NCBI RefSeq assembly: GCF_009914755.1
Contig: NC_060926.1
Strand: one strand, 5' to 3'
Length of the DNA stretch: 64,000 nt
From: the human T2T-CHM13v2.0 reference genome, Homo sapiens
Shown here: in pieces, positions 39,158-52,422 of the stretch
Layout: each line of letters starts with the position of its first letter
Position numbering within the stretch: the first letter of the stretch is position 1
Position numbers and translations under genes: made by a program
Notes under the pieces: model-generated
The model's database searches: none
Seen by the model: the letters and a program-made list of their open reading frames with translations, nothing else
Told to the model about the DNA's origin: nothing

Positions 39158-40562
39158 TTTTTTTTTTTAACCTCTGAACTTTTTATTGGCCTCCTGCTCC
39201 CCAAAGGGTACCCTGCTTCTGCTGGCTTAATGTCTCAGAACTTTGGTGTCATTATTCTCAGACACCACTTTGCCATCCACTATCCAGTGGGTAGTGTTCT
39301 TTTGGATGATTTGCATGGAGTTGCTGCTGTCCAGGGCATCACCAAGATTGAAGTCCTTGCCATCTTCCAGCAGGCAGTGGTAGGTGGTGATCTCAGCCTC
39401 CAGCTTGAGCTTGATGTTCAGCAGGGCCTTGTACTCCTGGGCCTGGCACTGTCCCTCTGCCTGGGTCTGTGCCAGCTCTGATTCCAGGTGCAGCAGGATC
39501 CCATTGAGCTGCTCCATCTGCAGGGTGTAGTGGGCCTCCACCTCCCTCAGGCTGTTTCCCAAGCTGACCTTCAGATTTCTCATGGAGTCCAGGTCAATCT
39601 CCAAGGACTGGACTGTACGTCTCAGTTTCATGAGCATCATCTCAGCAGCTCCAACCTTGGCAGACTGCATGGTGACCACTGTGGTGCTCTCCTCCATCTG
39701 CTGAGAGCAGTACTTGTCTGGCTCCTCTCGGCTCTTCTGAGGCAGCTAGTCATATTGGGCCCAGATGTCTGCCATGATCTTATCAACGTCCTAAGATTTG
39801 GGGACATGTACCTCCATGGTCAACCCAGAGCTGGTAATCTGGGCTTGTAGGTCTTTTACTTCCTCTTCGTGGTTCTTCTTCATGAAGAGCAGCTCCTCGA
39901 GAGCCTCGATCTCTGTCTCCAGCTACAGCCGAGTGACACTGGTGTCATCAATGACCTTGTGGAGCCCACGGATGTCGCTCTCTACAGACTAGCGCATGGC
40001 CAGCTCTGTCTCATAGTTGACTCTAAAGTCATTGGCAGCAAGATGGGCACTGTCGATCTGCACAACGTGGGCATTGTCCACAGTATTTGCGAAGATCTGA
40101 GCGCTCATGTCCTCAATGGTCTTGAAGTAATGGCTCCAGTCTCTGACCTGGGGTCCCTTCTTCTCCAGGTGCTCCCGGATTTTGCTCTCCAGCTTCCTGT
40201 TATCAGTCTCCAGGCTCCTCACTGTCCAGGTAGGAGGCCAGGAGGTCGTTCAGGCTTTGCATGATCTCTTTCTCGTTCTGGATGCCTCTCATTCTGGCCA
40301 GACCCCCAGCCATCCCCATGGCCAGGCCCCCAGACCCCATGCCACCCTGGAAGCTGGTGGAGCAGGACACAGAGATCCAGGAACCAGAGCCCCCGGCACC
40401 TGCATAGACACTGGCCACACTGCTGACCAGCCAGGCGCCGTAGCTGGGTGGCTGGACAGAGCCCAGGGACCAGTAGTTGGAGGAGAAGGTGGAACGAGTG
40501 GTGAAGCTCATGCTGTCCGGGGAGGAGAGTGAGAGGAAAGGACTCAGGCTTTGCTGATGACC
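39158..40562 (-). pseudogene. KRT18P26: Full-length processed keratin-18 pseudogene (probably KRT18P26)
   Basis: Intronless KRT18 homology from the 5'UTR and MSFTTRSTFS start (40511) to ...DTKVLRH stop (39227). AATAAA at 39182-39187, poly(A) tail, TSD TCATTTCTTT at 39148-39157 and 40563-40572. 2-nt frameshift near 40222 and TAG stops (39989-39991; near 39747). The pseudogene number is from memory of the locus. Confidence 0.93.
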
Positions 40563-41609
40563 TCATTTCTTTCTATCTCTGAACAATATTCCACCGATCA
40601 ATGTACTGTAGTTTGTTCATCCATTCTCCTATTGAAGGACATCTTGGTGGCCTCCAGTTTTGGTGATAATGAATAGTGCAGCTCTAAACATTCATATGTA
40701 GGCTTCTATGTGAACATAATTTTCAACTCAGTTGGGTACATACCTAGGAACATGATCGCTGGTTCGGACGACAAGACTATGATCAGCTTTGTAAGAAACT
40801 GCCATACCATCTTCCAAAGTGGTTATATCGTTTGCATTCCCACCAGCAATGGAAGAGCATTTCCTATTGCTTTGCATCCTCATCAGCATTTGGTATTGGC
40901 AGTTTTTTAAAAAATAGCCATTCTAATAGGTGTTAGTGGATCTTATTGTTTTAATTTTAAATTCCCAACTGACATATGACATTTAGAATCTTTTTATATG
41001 CTTATTTGCCATCTGTATATCTTCTTTGATGAGGTGTTTGCTCATATCTTTTGTCCATTATTAAATTGGGTTGTTTCCTTATTGAGTTTTAAAAGTTCTT
41101 TTGGTATTTTCAGATGCAAGTCTTTTATCAGATACATGCCTTTTGCAAATATTTTCTCCTGGTCTGTGGGTTTTCTTTTCATTCTCTTAAATGTCTTTCA
41201 CAGAGCAGAAGTTTTCAATTTTAACAGAGTCCAGCTTATCATTTTTTTTTTTTTCATCAATTGTGCTTTTAGGGTTGTATCTAAAAACTCATCACCAGAC
41301 CTAAGGTCACCTAGATTTTCTCATATGTTATCTTCTAGAAGTTTTGTAGTTTTGCATTATACATTTAGGTTTAAGATCCACTCTGAGATGATTTTTTGAA
41401 AGGTGTAAGGACTATGTCTGAATTTTTTTTTTTTTTGAGACAGAGTCTTACTCTGTCATCCAGACTGGAGTGCAGTGGTATGATCATGGCTCACTGAAGC
41501 TTTGACCTCCTGTGCTCAAGCAATCCTCCCACCTCAGCCTCCAGAATAGCTGAGATCACAGGCATGCATCACCACACCCAGCTATTTTTTTTTTTTTAAT
41601 TTTTAGTAG

Positions 41610-41801
<192 letters not shown>

Positions 41802-44740
41802 TAAATTGCCTTTGTGTCTTTGTCAAAGATCAGCTGATTATATTTGTGTGGGTCCATTTCTGGGCTATTTATTCTGTTCCACTGATCAATTTGTCTGTTC
41901 TTTTGACAATATCACACTTGATTGTAGTAGCTTTACAGTAAGTCTTGAAGTTGAGTAGTGTCAGTTCTTCAACTTTGTACTTTTTCAGTGTTATGTTGTC
42001 TATTCTGGGTCTTTTGCCTTACCATATACACTTTAGAATCAATATGTCAGCATCCAAAAAAATAACTTGCTAAGATTTTTATTGGGATTATATTGCATCT
42101 ATAGATCAAGTTGGGGAGAACTGACAACAATGTTGAATTTTCCTACGCATGAACATGAAATTTTTTTTTTTTTTTTTGAGACAGAGTCTCACTCTGTCAC
42201 CCAGGCTGAAGTGTAGTGGCGCCATCTCAGCTCACTGCAAGCTCTGCCTCCCGGGTTCACGCCATTCTCCTGCCTCAGGGTCCTGAGTAACTGGGACTAC
42301 AGGTGCCCACCACCACGCCCGGCTAATTTTTTTTTTTGTATTTTTTTAGTAGAGACGGGGTTTCACCGTGTTAGCCAGGATGGTCTTCATCTCCTGACCT
42401 CGTGATCTGCCTGCCTCGGCCTCCCAAAGTGCTGGGATTACAGGCATGAGCCACCGTGCCTGGCCAAAATATTTTTTCATTTACTTAGATCTTTGATTTC
42501 TTTCATTACTTTTATAGTTTTTCTCATGTAGATCCTGTATACATTTTGTTAGATTTATGTCTAAAATTTTTGGTGCTAGTGTATCATGTCTTAAATTTCA
42601 AATTCCAATGGCTGGTATATAGAAAAGCAACTGTCTTTTGTATCCTAAGACTTTACATCCTGAGACCTTGTTACAGTCACTTATTAGTTATGGGAGTTGT
42701 TTGGTAAATTCTTTGGGATTTTCTGCATAGACAGTTATATCATCTGTGAACAAAGATGTTTTATTTCTTCTTTCCCAAACTATATACATTTATTTCCTTT
42801 CCTTGTCTTATTGCATTAGCTAGAATTTCCAGTATGATATTGAAAAGGGCTGGTGAAAGGGGATCTCTTTGCTTTGTTCCTGATCTTAGCAGGAAAGTTT
42901 TCAGTTTCTCATCATTAAGTATGATGTTAGCTATAGGTTTTTTGTAGATTTTTTAAAAATCAAGTTGAGGAAATTTCCCTCTATTCCTAGTTTACTGCAA
43001 GTTTTTATTATGAATAGGTGTTGGATTTTGTCAAATGCTTTTTCTGCATCTATTGACATTATTGTGTGATTTTTCTTCTTTGGCCTATTGATATGATGAA
43101 TTATCTTAATTGACTTTTGAATACTAAACCAGCCTTAAATACCTGGGATAAATCCTTTTGGGTCATGGTGTATAATTATTTTTACACATTGTTGAATTTG
43201 ATCTGCTAGCATTTTGTTGAGGATTTTTGCATATATATTCATAAGGGACATTGGTGTGTAGTTTTTCTTCTTGTCATGCCTTTATCTCATTTTGTATTGG
43301 GATAATGCTGACTTCATGGGATTAGTTAGAAAGCATTCCTTCTGCTTCTATTTTCTGGAAGAGATTGTAGACAACTGATATCCTTTCTTCCTTAAATGTT
43401 TGGTAGAATTCACTAGTGAAATCATGAAGGCCTGTTGCTCTTTTTTTTTTTTTGGTAAGTTGTTAATTATTATTATCTATTACTTCTTTAATAGTAATAG
43501 GCCTGTTCAAATTATTTATTTCTCCTGTGTGAGTTTTAGTAGTTTGTGTCTTTCAATAAATTAGTCCATTTCACCTAAGTTATCAAATTTGTAGGCACAG
43601 AGTTGCTCATAATATTCCTTTATTATCCTTTTAATGTCCATGGAATCAATAATGATCACCTTTCATTTCTGATATTAATGTATGTCTTCTCCCTTTTTTC
43701 CTTGGTTAGCCTGGCTAAAGATTCATCAATTTTATTAATCTTTTTAAGAGATAGCTTCAGTTTCATTGATTTTCTCTATTGTTTCCTATTTCTAATTTCA
43801 CTGATTTCTGCTCTATTTGGTATTATCCCTTTTTTCTTCTTGCTTTAGGATTATTTTGCAATTCCTTCTCTTGTTTCCTAATATGGGAGCTTAGGTTGTT
43901 GCTTTTAGATCTTTCTTCTTTTCTAATATATGCATTTAATGTTATTCATTTTCCTCTAAGCACTGCTTTTGCTGCATCCCACAAATTTTGATAAGTTGAA
44001 TTTTCATTTTCATTTAGTCCAAAATATTTTTAAAATTTTCTTAAGACTTCTTCTTTGACTACTCATATATTATTTAGAAGTGTATTGTTTAATCTCTAAA
44101 TATGTTGGGATTTTCCAGTAATCTTTCTGTTATTGATTTTTAGTTTAATTCCAATGTGGTGTTACAGCATACTCTGCATGACTTCTGTTCCTTTAAATTT
44201 GTTCAGGTGTGTTTTATGTCCCAGAATGTGGTCTGTCTTGGTGGATATTCTACATGAGCTTGAGAAGAATGTGCATTCTGCTATTGTTGGACGAAGTATT
44301 CTATAAATGTCAATTAAATCCAGGTGATTTATATGCTGTTCCTTTCAACTATATCGTTACTGATTTTCTGCCTGCCGGATCTGTCAATTACTGGTAGATG
44401 GGTATTGAAGTCCACAACTATAATCACTGATTTGTCTGTTCGTCTTCAGTTTTGTCATTTTTTTGCCTCATGTATTTTGATGCTCTGCTGTTAGGTACAT
44501 ACATGTTAAGGACTATTATGTTTTCCTGAAGAATTGACCCTTTTATCATGATGCAATGCCCTCCCTTATCCCTGTTAAAGAGATGTTCTTTGCTCTTAAT
44601 TCTTCTTTGTCTGAAATTAAGATACCTATTCTTGCTTTCTTTTGATTAGTGTTATCATGGTATATCTTCCTCCCTCCCTTTACTTCTAATCCATCTGTAT
44701 CTATATCTATACCTATCTATCTATATCTCTATATGTGTGT

Positions 44741-44779
<39 letters not shown>

Positions 44780-45878
44780 CATTTTTTTTGAGACAGAGTC
44801 TTGCTCTGTGCAGCCTCCACCTGCTGGGTTCAACTGATTTCCTGACTCAGCCTCCCGAGTAGTTGGGATTACAGGTGCATGCCACCATGCCTGGCTAATT
44901 TATGTATTTGTAGTAGAGACAGGGTTTCACCATGTTGGCCAGGCTGGTCTCAAACTCTTGACCTCAAGTGATCTTCCAATCTCAGCCTCCCAAAGTATGG
45001 GGATTACAGGTGTGAGCCATCGCACCTGGCCTGTGTCTTTATATTTAATGTAGGTTTCTTGTCACATAGTTGGGTCTTGTTTTTTGATCCTGCCTAACAT
45101 CCTCTGCCTTTTAATTGATATGTTTAGACCATTCATATTTGAAGTAATTATTGGCTGGGTGCAGTGGCTCATGCCTGTAATCTCAGCACTTTGGGAGGCT
45201 GAGGTGAGTGGATCACTTGAGGCCAGGAGTTCAAGACCAGCTTGGCCAACATGGCGAAACCTCATCTCTACTAAAAATATAAAAAATAAACCAGCGTGGT
45301 GGTGGGCACCTATAGTCCCAGCTACTCGGGAGGCTGAGGCATGAGAATTGCCTGAACCTGGGAGGCAGAGGTTGCAGTGAGCTAAGATGCACCACTGCAC
45401 TCCAGCCTGAGTGACAGAGCAACACTTCATCTCTAAATAAATAAATAAAGTGATTATTGAGATCAGTGGATTAATATCTACCATGTTTACAACAATTTTG
45501 TGTTTGTGGCACTTGTCCTTTTTTTTTTTTTAATCTTCCCCCTTTTTGGTCTTTTTTTTTTTTTTTTTAAGAAACAGGGTCTTGCTGTGTTGCCCAGGCT
45601 GGCCTCAAACTCCTAGCCTCAAACAATCCTCCTGCCTCTGTCTCCTGGGTAGCTTGGACTATAGGCACATGCCACTATGCCCAGCTCCTCCTCTGGTTTT
45701 AACTGAGCACTTTATATGATTCTGTTTTCTCTCATCTCTGAGTGTATAAATTATATCCCTTAAAAAATTCTAGTGTTTGCCCTAGACTTTGCAATATACA
45801 GTTAGAACTAATCTATGTCCACTTTCAAATAACGCTATACTGTTTCTCAGCTGAACTATGGAGAAGCATGTCTAAGCC

Positions 45879-45937
45879 TTTTAGAGAGAAGTTGAATATG
45901 CTTTAGAGAGATGTTGAATATGCTTTAGACAGATGTT
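45879..45937. repeat. 22-bp tandem repeat, about 2.6 copies
   Basis: CTTTAGAGAGATGTTGAATATG units. Confidence 0.85.
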
Positions 45938-47446
45938 TTATGAGTCTACTCTGGTTGGTGCATTCCTAGGTACTAGGGGTCAGGTTACTTGGATGTCAGT
46001 GTCCAAATCTGTCTAAAGTCCCAGCTCACCCCACTGCATGCTCTTCTGGATCCCATTCTCTCCTGGATGTAACAGGGATGAAGAAAACGAAGTGGAGATT
46101 CTTATGAAGTATGGCCTCACTTCCTAGGGCACGGGTGTCAGAATGACTAGTTTCCCTTCTTCCTCCTCTCACCTCCCCACATCATGGTGGAACTTCCCTT
46201 CCCTATACTGCATTGTTTAAGCAAGCTGCAATTTGAGATAAGCAGTAGACACTAGCACTTAGAGGTAAGTAGTTCCACTCTAAGGGCTTAGTATATTTGG
46301 GTCTTCCAACAGCAAGTTCCTATTCTCCACCCTTGAGGCCAGGAATGGAAATGAAAAGAAGCAGGTATATCAGAAAGGCCCCAACCCAAGAGGCAGCTGC
46401 CCTAGGTGCTCCCTGGCTTGTCCTTTACTTGATCTGTGGCCATCCTGCTTCTCTGGGACTCGGTGAACTCATCTGTAATGTGGGAATGAAAATCCTTTCT
46501 CTACCAAACTGGCTTCTGAAAAGATAGAATGGGATCATGTATAAGAACATGATTATGCAAATTGTAAGGGACTATACACAGGAAGAGTATATTTATTATA
46601 GAAATCAGAGGAGATGGCTGTCAAAAAACTATTTTACTTTCTGTTCTGAATCTAAATTGTCCCATCTTTTCTTGGCTTCTATCATAATCAAAAGAGCATG
46701 GTGATTTAGCTGGTGAACTGTGGGGAGTGGCTTGCCCTCCCCCAAGTCTACATTCTCCTCTGTGGCTCTACAAGACCTCTCCTCTCACGGTAAGTATCTT
46801 GCAGTTTGGCTCAGGACATGTGCCAAGTTCTCCTAGCAACTCTTTAGGGCATTTTTCTTGCTTGACAGCTCCAGAGTGGCTCTACACATTCTGCAGCTCA
46901 CCGAGCCTCTAGGTGGGCAGCGAGGTTGGTATTTTCCTTCAAGTGGGGCTGGGGTAACGATGGCAGTAGCCGCCCATCTGATTGCCTTTTCATAAGCCCC
47001 ATGGCTTCTTCTCTGTAGTGTGTAGGAGGCTTTGGGCAGCTAAAGTCAGCAATTCTGGAGCAACAGAAATACCTGCCACCTCAACATCCTCTTGCACTGG
47101 TTTTAATTGTGCTGTCAGTTTGGGAATCTATTAATATAAAATGTTGATATTTGGCATTTATTATGGTTTGCAGATCTTGTAAAATTAGGTGAGTTACATT
47201 TTGTGTTGGGGAAGCTATATTCTAATCCACATAGGCAAAGTGGCAGTTTCCTGTCTCCAGCTTGACCATGCAGTCACCTGGGGATACCATGAAGGCTGGT
47301 CCCACCAGCCTCAAGGAGACACTGTGGATGAGTCAGGAAAAGGGACCTGCTCCCTAGACTCTCCTGCTGAAAGAGCTGTCATAAAGACATTCAGAGAATT
47401 CTCAGTGCCTCCTGAGATTTGCATCAAGTCCTCAAAGTGACCTCAC

Positions 47447-47525
47447 CTTTCTGATCCGGAAATCTCCTCCTGTGGTTAGTGTGGTCCAGCTTTCCTACCC
47501 CAGCCTTCTCCTCCTTCACCTTCAT
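47447..47525 (-). CDS. SLC4A5: SLC4A5 first coding exon (exon 47447-47527), [26 protein letters not shown] + 1 nt
   Basis: Manual translation matches the NBCe2 N-terminus. Acceptor ccttttactttatag|TCATG, donor AAAG|gtgagg, phase 1. Too short for the ORF track. Confidence 0.95.
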
Positions 47526-47643
47526 GACTATAAAGTAAAAGGAACACAGCCTCAAAATGTATACATTAAAAAGGGTAGGATTTCAAGGAGAAATGGTCAA
47601 ATCCACAGTCATAATGGGAGATTTTAATACAGATAAAAAACTA

Positions 47644-48066
<423 letters not shown>

Positions 48067-48811
48067 TCACAGAAAAGCCTCTGAAAAGTAAATTTATTAT
48101 GCTTATATAATAATATATATAAAAGTAATATATTATGCATATATATATGCGCCAGGTGTGATGGTGTGCTGTAGTGCTAAGCTACTTGGGAGGCTGAGGC
48201 GGGAGAATCATACAAGCCCAGAAGTTTGAGGCTGCAGTGAGCCATAATGATTGTGCCACTGCATTACAGCCTGGGTGACAGAGTGAGACTCTATCTCTAC
48301 GAAAAAGAAAAAACAAAAGCAATCTATGCTTTTGTTTTTAAGTAAACAACACTAGGACTGAAAAAGGGACATAAAATATAGTTGAGAATTTAAAAATTAT
48401 AATTCCATTAAAAAATTCATGCCAATTAATTTTAAAACTTAAATAATAAGAATAGTTAACATTGCTATGTGCCAGAAGTGCTTTGCATGTATGATTTAAT
48501 TGAATCTTATCAACAATCCTATGACATAAATAACATTATTATTCCCATTTTACAAATGAGGAAACCCAGACACAGAGAGCTTAAATGACTACCCACATGG
48601 AAAAACAAATCTGGACAATCTGTTTCTGGAACTATAGCCCTCAGCCACAAGGCTAATACATGGATACTTCTCTACAAAAACAATAGAAGTATCAAAATTG
48701 ACTTTTAAAAAAATTAGAAAACCTAAATTAACCAATAACAATTAAAATGATTGTAGGAAAGACACCACAATCAGTCATGTATTGATAATTATTGAAGCTA
48801 GGTTATGCTAC

Positions 48812-48857
48812 AAAAGAGTTGTAAAAAAAAAAAAAAAAAAAAAAAAAGAGTTGTAAA
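48812..48857 (+). mobile_element. Orphan poly(A) insertion with TSD
   Basis: AAAAGAGTTGT-(A)25-GAGTTGTAAA. Confidence 0.65.
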
Positions 48858-49768
48858 CTAAAAATAAAATCCTAAGCCTCCCCACCAACTGAACAGACTC
48901 CCTCTTGGCCAAGGGGATCCCAGAGATACATTAAAAACCAAAATCCTGGCCAAGACAGGATAGGAGGTCAGACACACCTGGTTATATCATCTCCCTTTTG
49001 CAGTGTAGACATAACTGACCAGCATTTATGTTAAAATTGAGAATAAGACTGACAGAACAGACCCTTTATGGCAATAAGGTACCAAACTGTAAACAAGACC
49101 TAAAGCCAGGCCAGGCAAGGGTTAAGTTATACACGCCTACACTTGAAGAATAAACTGTGTCCTAACTGCCACACGGTTTTTCTTTTCCTCTAGCAGCTAA
49201 GCAAGCACTGGCCTTGAGACAAGCAATATTAGAACAATTTGCAGCACATCTACCAGCAGATGCTGACTAACCAACCCCCTGCTCCATAAGCCATAACTAT
49301 AGCTTTGATTGGACAAAAGACTGACTTTAGTAACTCCCTCCTGATAAGAAGATCATGAACCATGGACTGGTTCTGGTCAGTTTACAGAGGCTGTGCACTT
49401 GAACGCATTTGTGTCCTACAAAGACCTTCTAACGTATAATGCCTAATGTAATACATTTAAATGTTATGGCTCCATCCCAAGGTGAACATGGGCATGTGTA
49501 ATATGCATGTTTGTTCAATACACATGCATCAGGACCACCTTCATGAATATTCATAGATCCTCCTGTAACCTACTGAATATGCATGTTTAGCCAACCCAGT
49601 CAACTTAAATTCCTGCCTTTCCCCTCCTCCTTCGAAGTGCCTGTCTCTGATCTAACCCTGAGGCTATGGTTCCCATCCTGTAACATGGCCACCTTGCAGG
49701 CTGTAACCCTTTACAAGAAATAAAGTCTTCTCTCCAAATGCATAGATCATGTGATCTTTAAGTTAACA
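48852..49768 (+). mobile_element. MER4D-type ERV1 solo LTR
   Basis: TGTAAACTAAAAATAAAATCCTAAG...TTAAGTTAACA termini; 4-bp flanks GAGT/GGGT. Confidence 0.8.
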
Positions 49769-50523
49769 GGGTCATCATCATTTATTTTACTTTTGTTGTG
49801 TTTGAAAATTTTTCTATAATGCAAAGAAAAATAAACACCAGGAACAGATAGTTTTTTTTTAAATGTTTTATCTGAACCTTCAAGGATTAGACAGCCTCTA
49901 CATATACAAAATGTTTCTCAAAGATAGAAATAGGACATCAGAGGCAATAGGGATATCTCAAGACCATGATGCAGAGCGGGCTGAACACAGGGGAGATGGT
50001 GGAAAATCTTCATAAGGAGTTCTGAGGTTAAATCCTCAGGTCTCTCCTCTAGGCTCTAGTCTCCTATAATGCCCTTTCTACTCAGAATATGGAGGGGCCC
50101 TGTAGGAGACTAAAGCCAGGACAGAAGATCCCTGGACAGCTGAGGGCAAAAAGGAGTAATTTCACTGGGGAAACAAAAAGGAGTTAAGTAAATGCAGTTA
50201 GCCCCTCAGCCCTTTGCCTGCTGGACTCCTAGAACCCTAATGAAGTTTAGGCCCTCCAGGCAGGACATTGGAGAACTTCCAGATTCCAACATTTTGGGGA
50301 CCTCTGACAAAATGGCAAGGGCTGCATCCAATTGCCCACTGTAAGTCTATCATTCAACAAGTCCAGCCTGGCCACATGGCAGCTGTTTGGCAGCTCCACT
50401 TCAAAACATGAACAGCCAGCCAAGAATCACCAGAATGACAGATACCAAAACAAACAGGAAAAGAAAAAGTCCAAGGAAACAGGAGCAATGTAGGCAGCCA
50501 AAGAAACCATTAAAACTATGTAG

Positions 50524-51881
50524 TAGCAAATGTCACAAAAGCAAAAATAGACAAATGGCACTTAATTAAACTAAAAAGCTTCTACACAGCAAAATAAACA
50601 ATGAACAAAGTAAACAGACAACCTACAGAATGAAAAAAAAATATTGCACACTGCGCATGTGACAAAGAGCTAATATCTAGAATCTGTGAGGAATTCAAAC
50701 AACTCAAAAAGAAAAAAACAAATAACCCCATTAAAAAGTGGGCAAAGGACATGAACAGATATTTGACAAAAGAAGACACATAAATGGCCAACAAACATGT
50801 AAAAAATGCTCAATATTGCTAATCATCAGAGAAATGCAAATTAAAACCACAATGAGATACCATCTTACACCAGCCAGAATGGCTATTATTAAAAAGTCTA
50901 GGCCTGGCGAGGTGGCTCATGCCTGTAATCCCAGCAATTTGGGAGGCAGAGGTGGGGGGGATGGCCTGAGGTCAGGAGTTCAAGACCAGCTTGGCTAACA
51001 TGGTGAAACCCCGTATCTACTAAAAATACAAAAATTAGCCAGGTGTGGTGGTGCATGCCTGTAATCCCAGATACTCAGGAGGCTGAGGCACAAGAATCAC
51101 TTGAACCCAGAAGGCAGAGGTTGCAGACCGAGATTGTGCCACTGCACTCCAGCCTGGGCGACAGAGTGAGACTCTGTCTCACAAAAAAAAAAAAAAGTGT
51201 CCAAAAATAACAGATGTTGGCGAGGCCGCAGAGAAAACATGCACTGTCGGTGGGAATGTAAATTAGTACAACCTTTATGGAAAACAGTATGGAGGATTCT
51301 CAAAGAACTAAAAATAAAACTACCATTTGATTCAGCAATCCCACTGCTGGTATATGCCCAAAGGAAAAGAATCATTATATTAAAAAAGATACCAGCACTT
51401 GTATGTTTATTGCAGCACTATTCACAATAGCAAAGATATGGAATCAACCTAAGTGTAATCAATGGAGGATTGGATAAGGAAATGTAATATATACATTACA
51501 TTATATATATATAATGGAATGCTAATCAGTCATAGAAAATGAAATCATGTCTTTTGCATCAACATGGATGAAACTGGAGGCCATTACCCTCAGTGAAATA
51601 ACTCAGAAACAGAAAGACAAATTCTGTATGTTCTCACTTATAAGTGGGAGCTAACAATTCGTACACATGGACATGTAGAGTGAAATAACAGACACTGGAG
51701 ACTCCAAAAGGTAGGAGGGTAGGAAGGGGGTGAGGGTTGAAAAGTGACCTATTGCTACACTGTTCACTATTCGGGTGATGAGTACACTAAACTCAAACTT
51801 CACCACAATGAAATATATGCATGTAAGAAACCTGAATTTGTACTCCCTAAATATATATTTTAAAACATTTAGGTTCTTTAA
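50524..51881 (+). mobile_element. 5'-truncated L1PB (L1PB3/4-like) with nested AluS (50901-51196)
   Basis: ORF2 C-terminal remnants ([22 protein letters not shown]), L1PB 3'UTR; TSD AAAACTATGTAG at 50512-50523 and 51882-51893. Confidence 0.88.
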
Positions 51882-51896
51882 AAAACTATGTAGCTG

Positions 51897-51970
51897 GTGC
51901 TCGCTTTAGTAGCACATATACTAAAACTGGAATAATAAAAGATAAGCATGACCCCTGTACAAAGATTACA
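51897..51970 (+). pseudogene. 3'-truncated U6 snRNA retropseudogene
   Basis: GTGCTCGCTTTAGTAGCACATATACTAAAACTGGAA...AGATAAGCATGACCCCTGTACAAAGATTACA aligns to U6 nt 1 to about 78 with CpG decay, followed by an A-rich tail. The ACAGAGA box is destroyed. Confidence 0.9.
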
Positions 51971-52013
51971 AAACAAAGACAAAAACAAAGATAGTTAATA
52001 TCTTCAAGGAGAT

Positions 52014-52422
52014 TGTCATAGGTTTGTTTAATATAGTTGCTTTCTTGGCATCCAGTTTTTGGCCTGACATAAGTTGTTTGAAACCCAATTAGTTGTACTC
52101 CTTTGGCCTAGTTAAAACTTCCCCTCCCTATATGATTGTTTGCAATATAGTGCATTCTCTCTCTTTTTCTCTCTCTCTCTCTCCCCATTCACTGATTGAA
52201 CATCCTACTGCGTCTTGACTTCCCATCAGCCACCCCTAACCTCTTTGAGATCTGTAAATAATAAATTTCTTCTGTTTTATGCATTTTGGTTTCATTTGGT
52301 CTCACCTGACCATCTAAACCTTACTCTCCTCCTGGTTAGAGCTCTCCTAGAAAGTGGCTATCTTGGTTTCTGGCTACTCTCCAGAGACAGCTCTCAAGAC
52401 CAAATTAGAGGAAATCACAACA
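52014..52422 (+). mobile_element. Solo LTR (ERVL, LTR47-like)
   Basis: TGTCATA...ATCACAACA termini; 5-bp TSD GAGAT/GAGAC; internal AATAAA. Confidence 0.65.

Noticed and set aside
39227-40511. Functional keratin gene
   Set aside because: Intronless, with poly(A) and TSD, a frameshift and premature stops.
51897-51970. Functional U6 gene or U6-L1 chimera
   Set aside because: 3'-truncated and mutated, with L1 tail sequence directly upstream instead of a promoter; U6 lies 3' of the L1 and outside its TSD.
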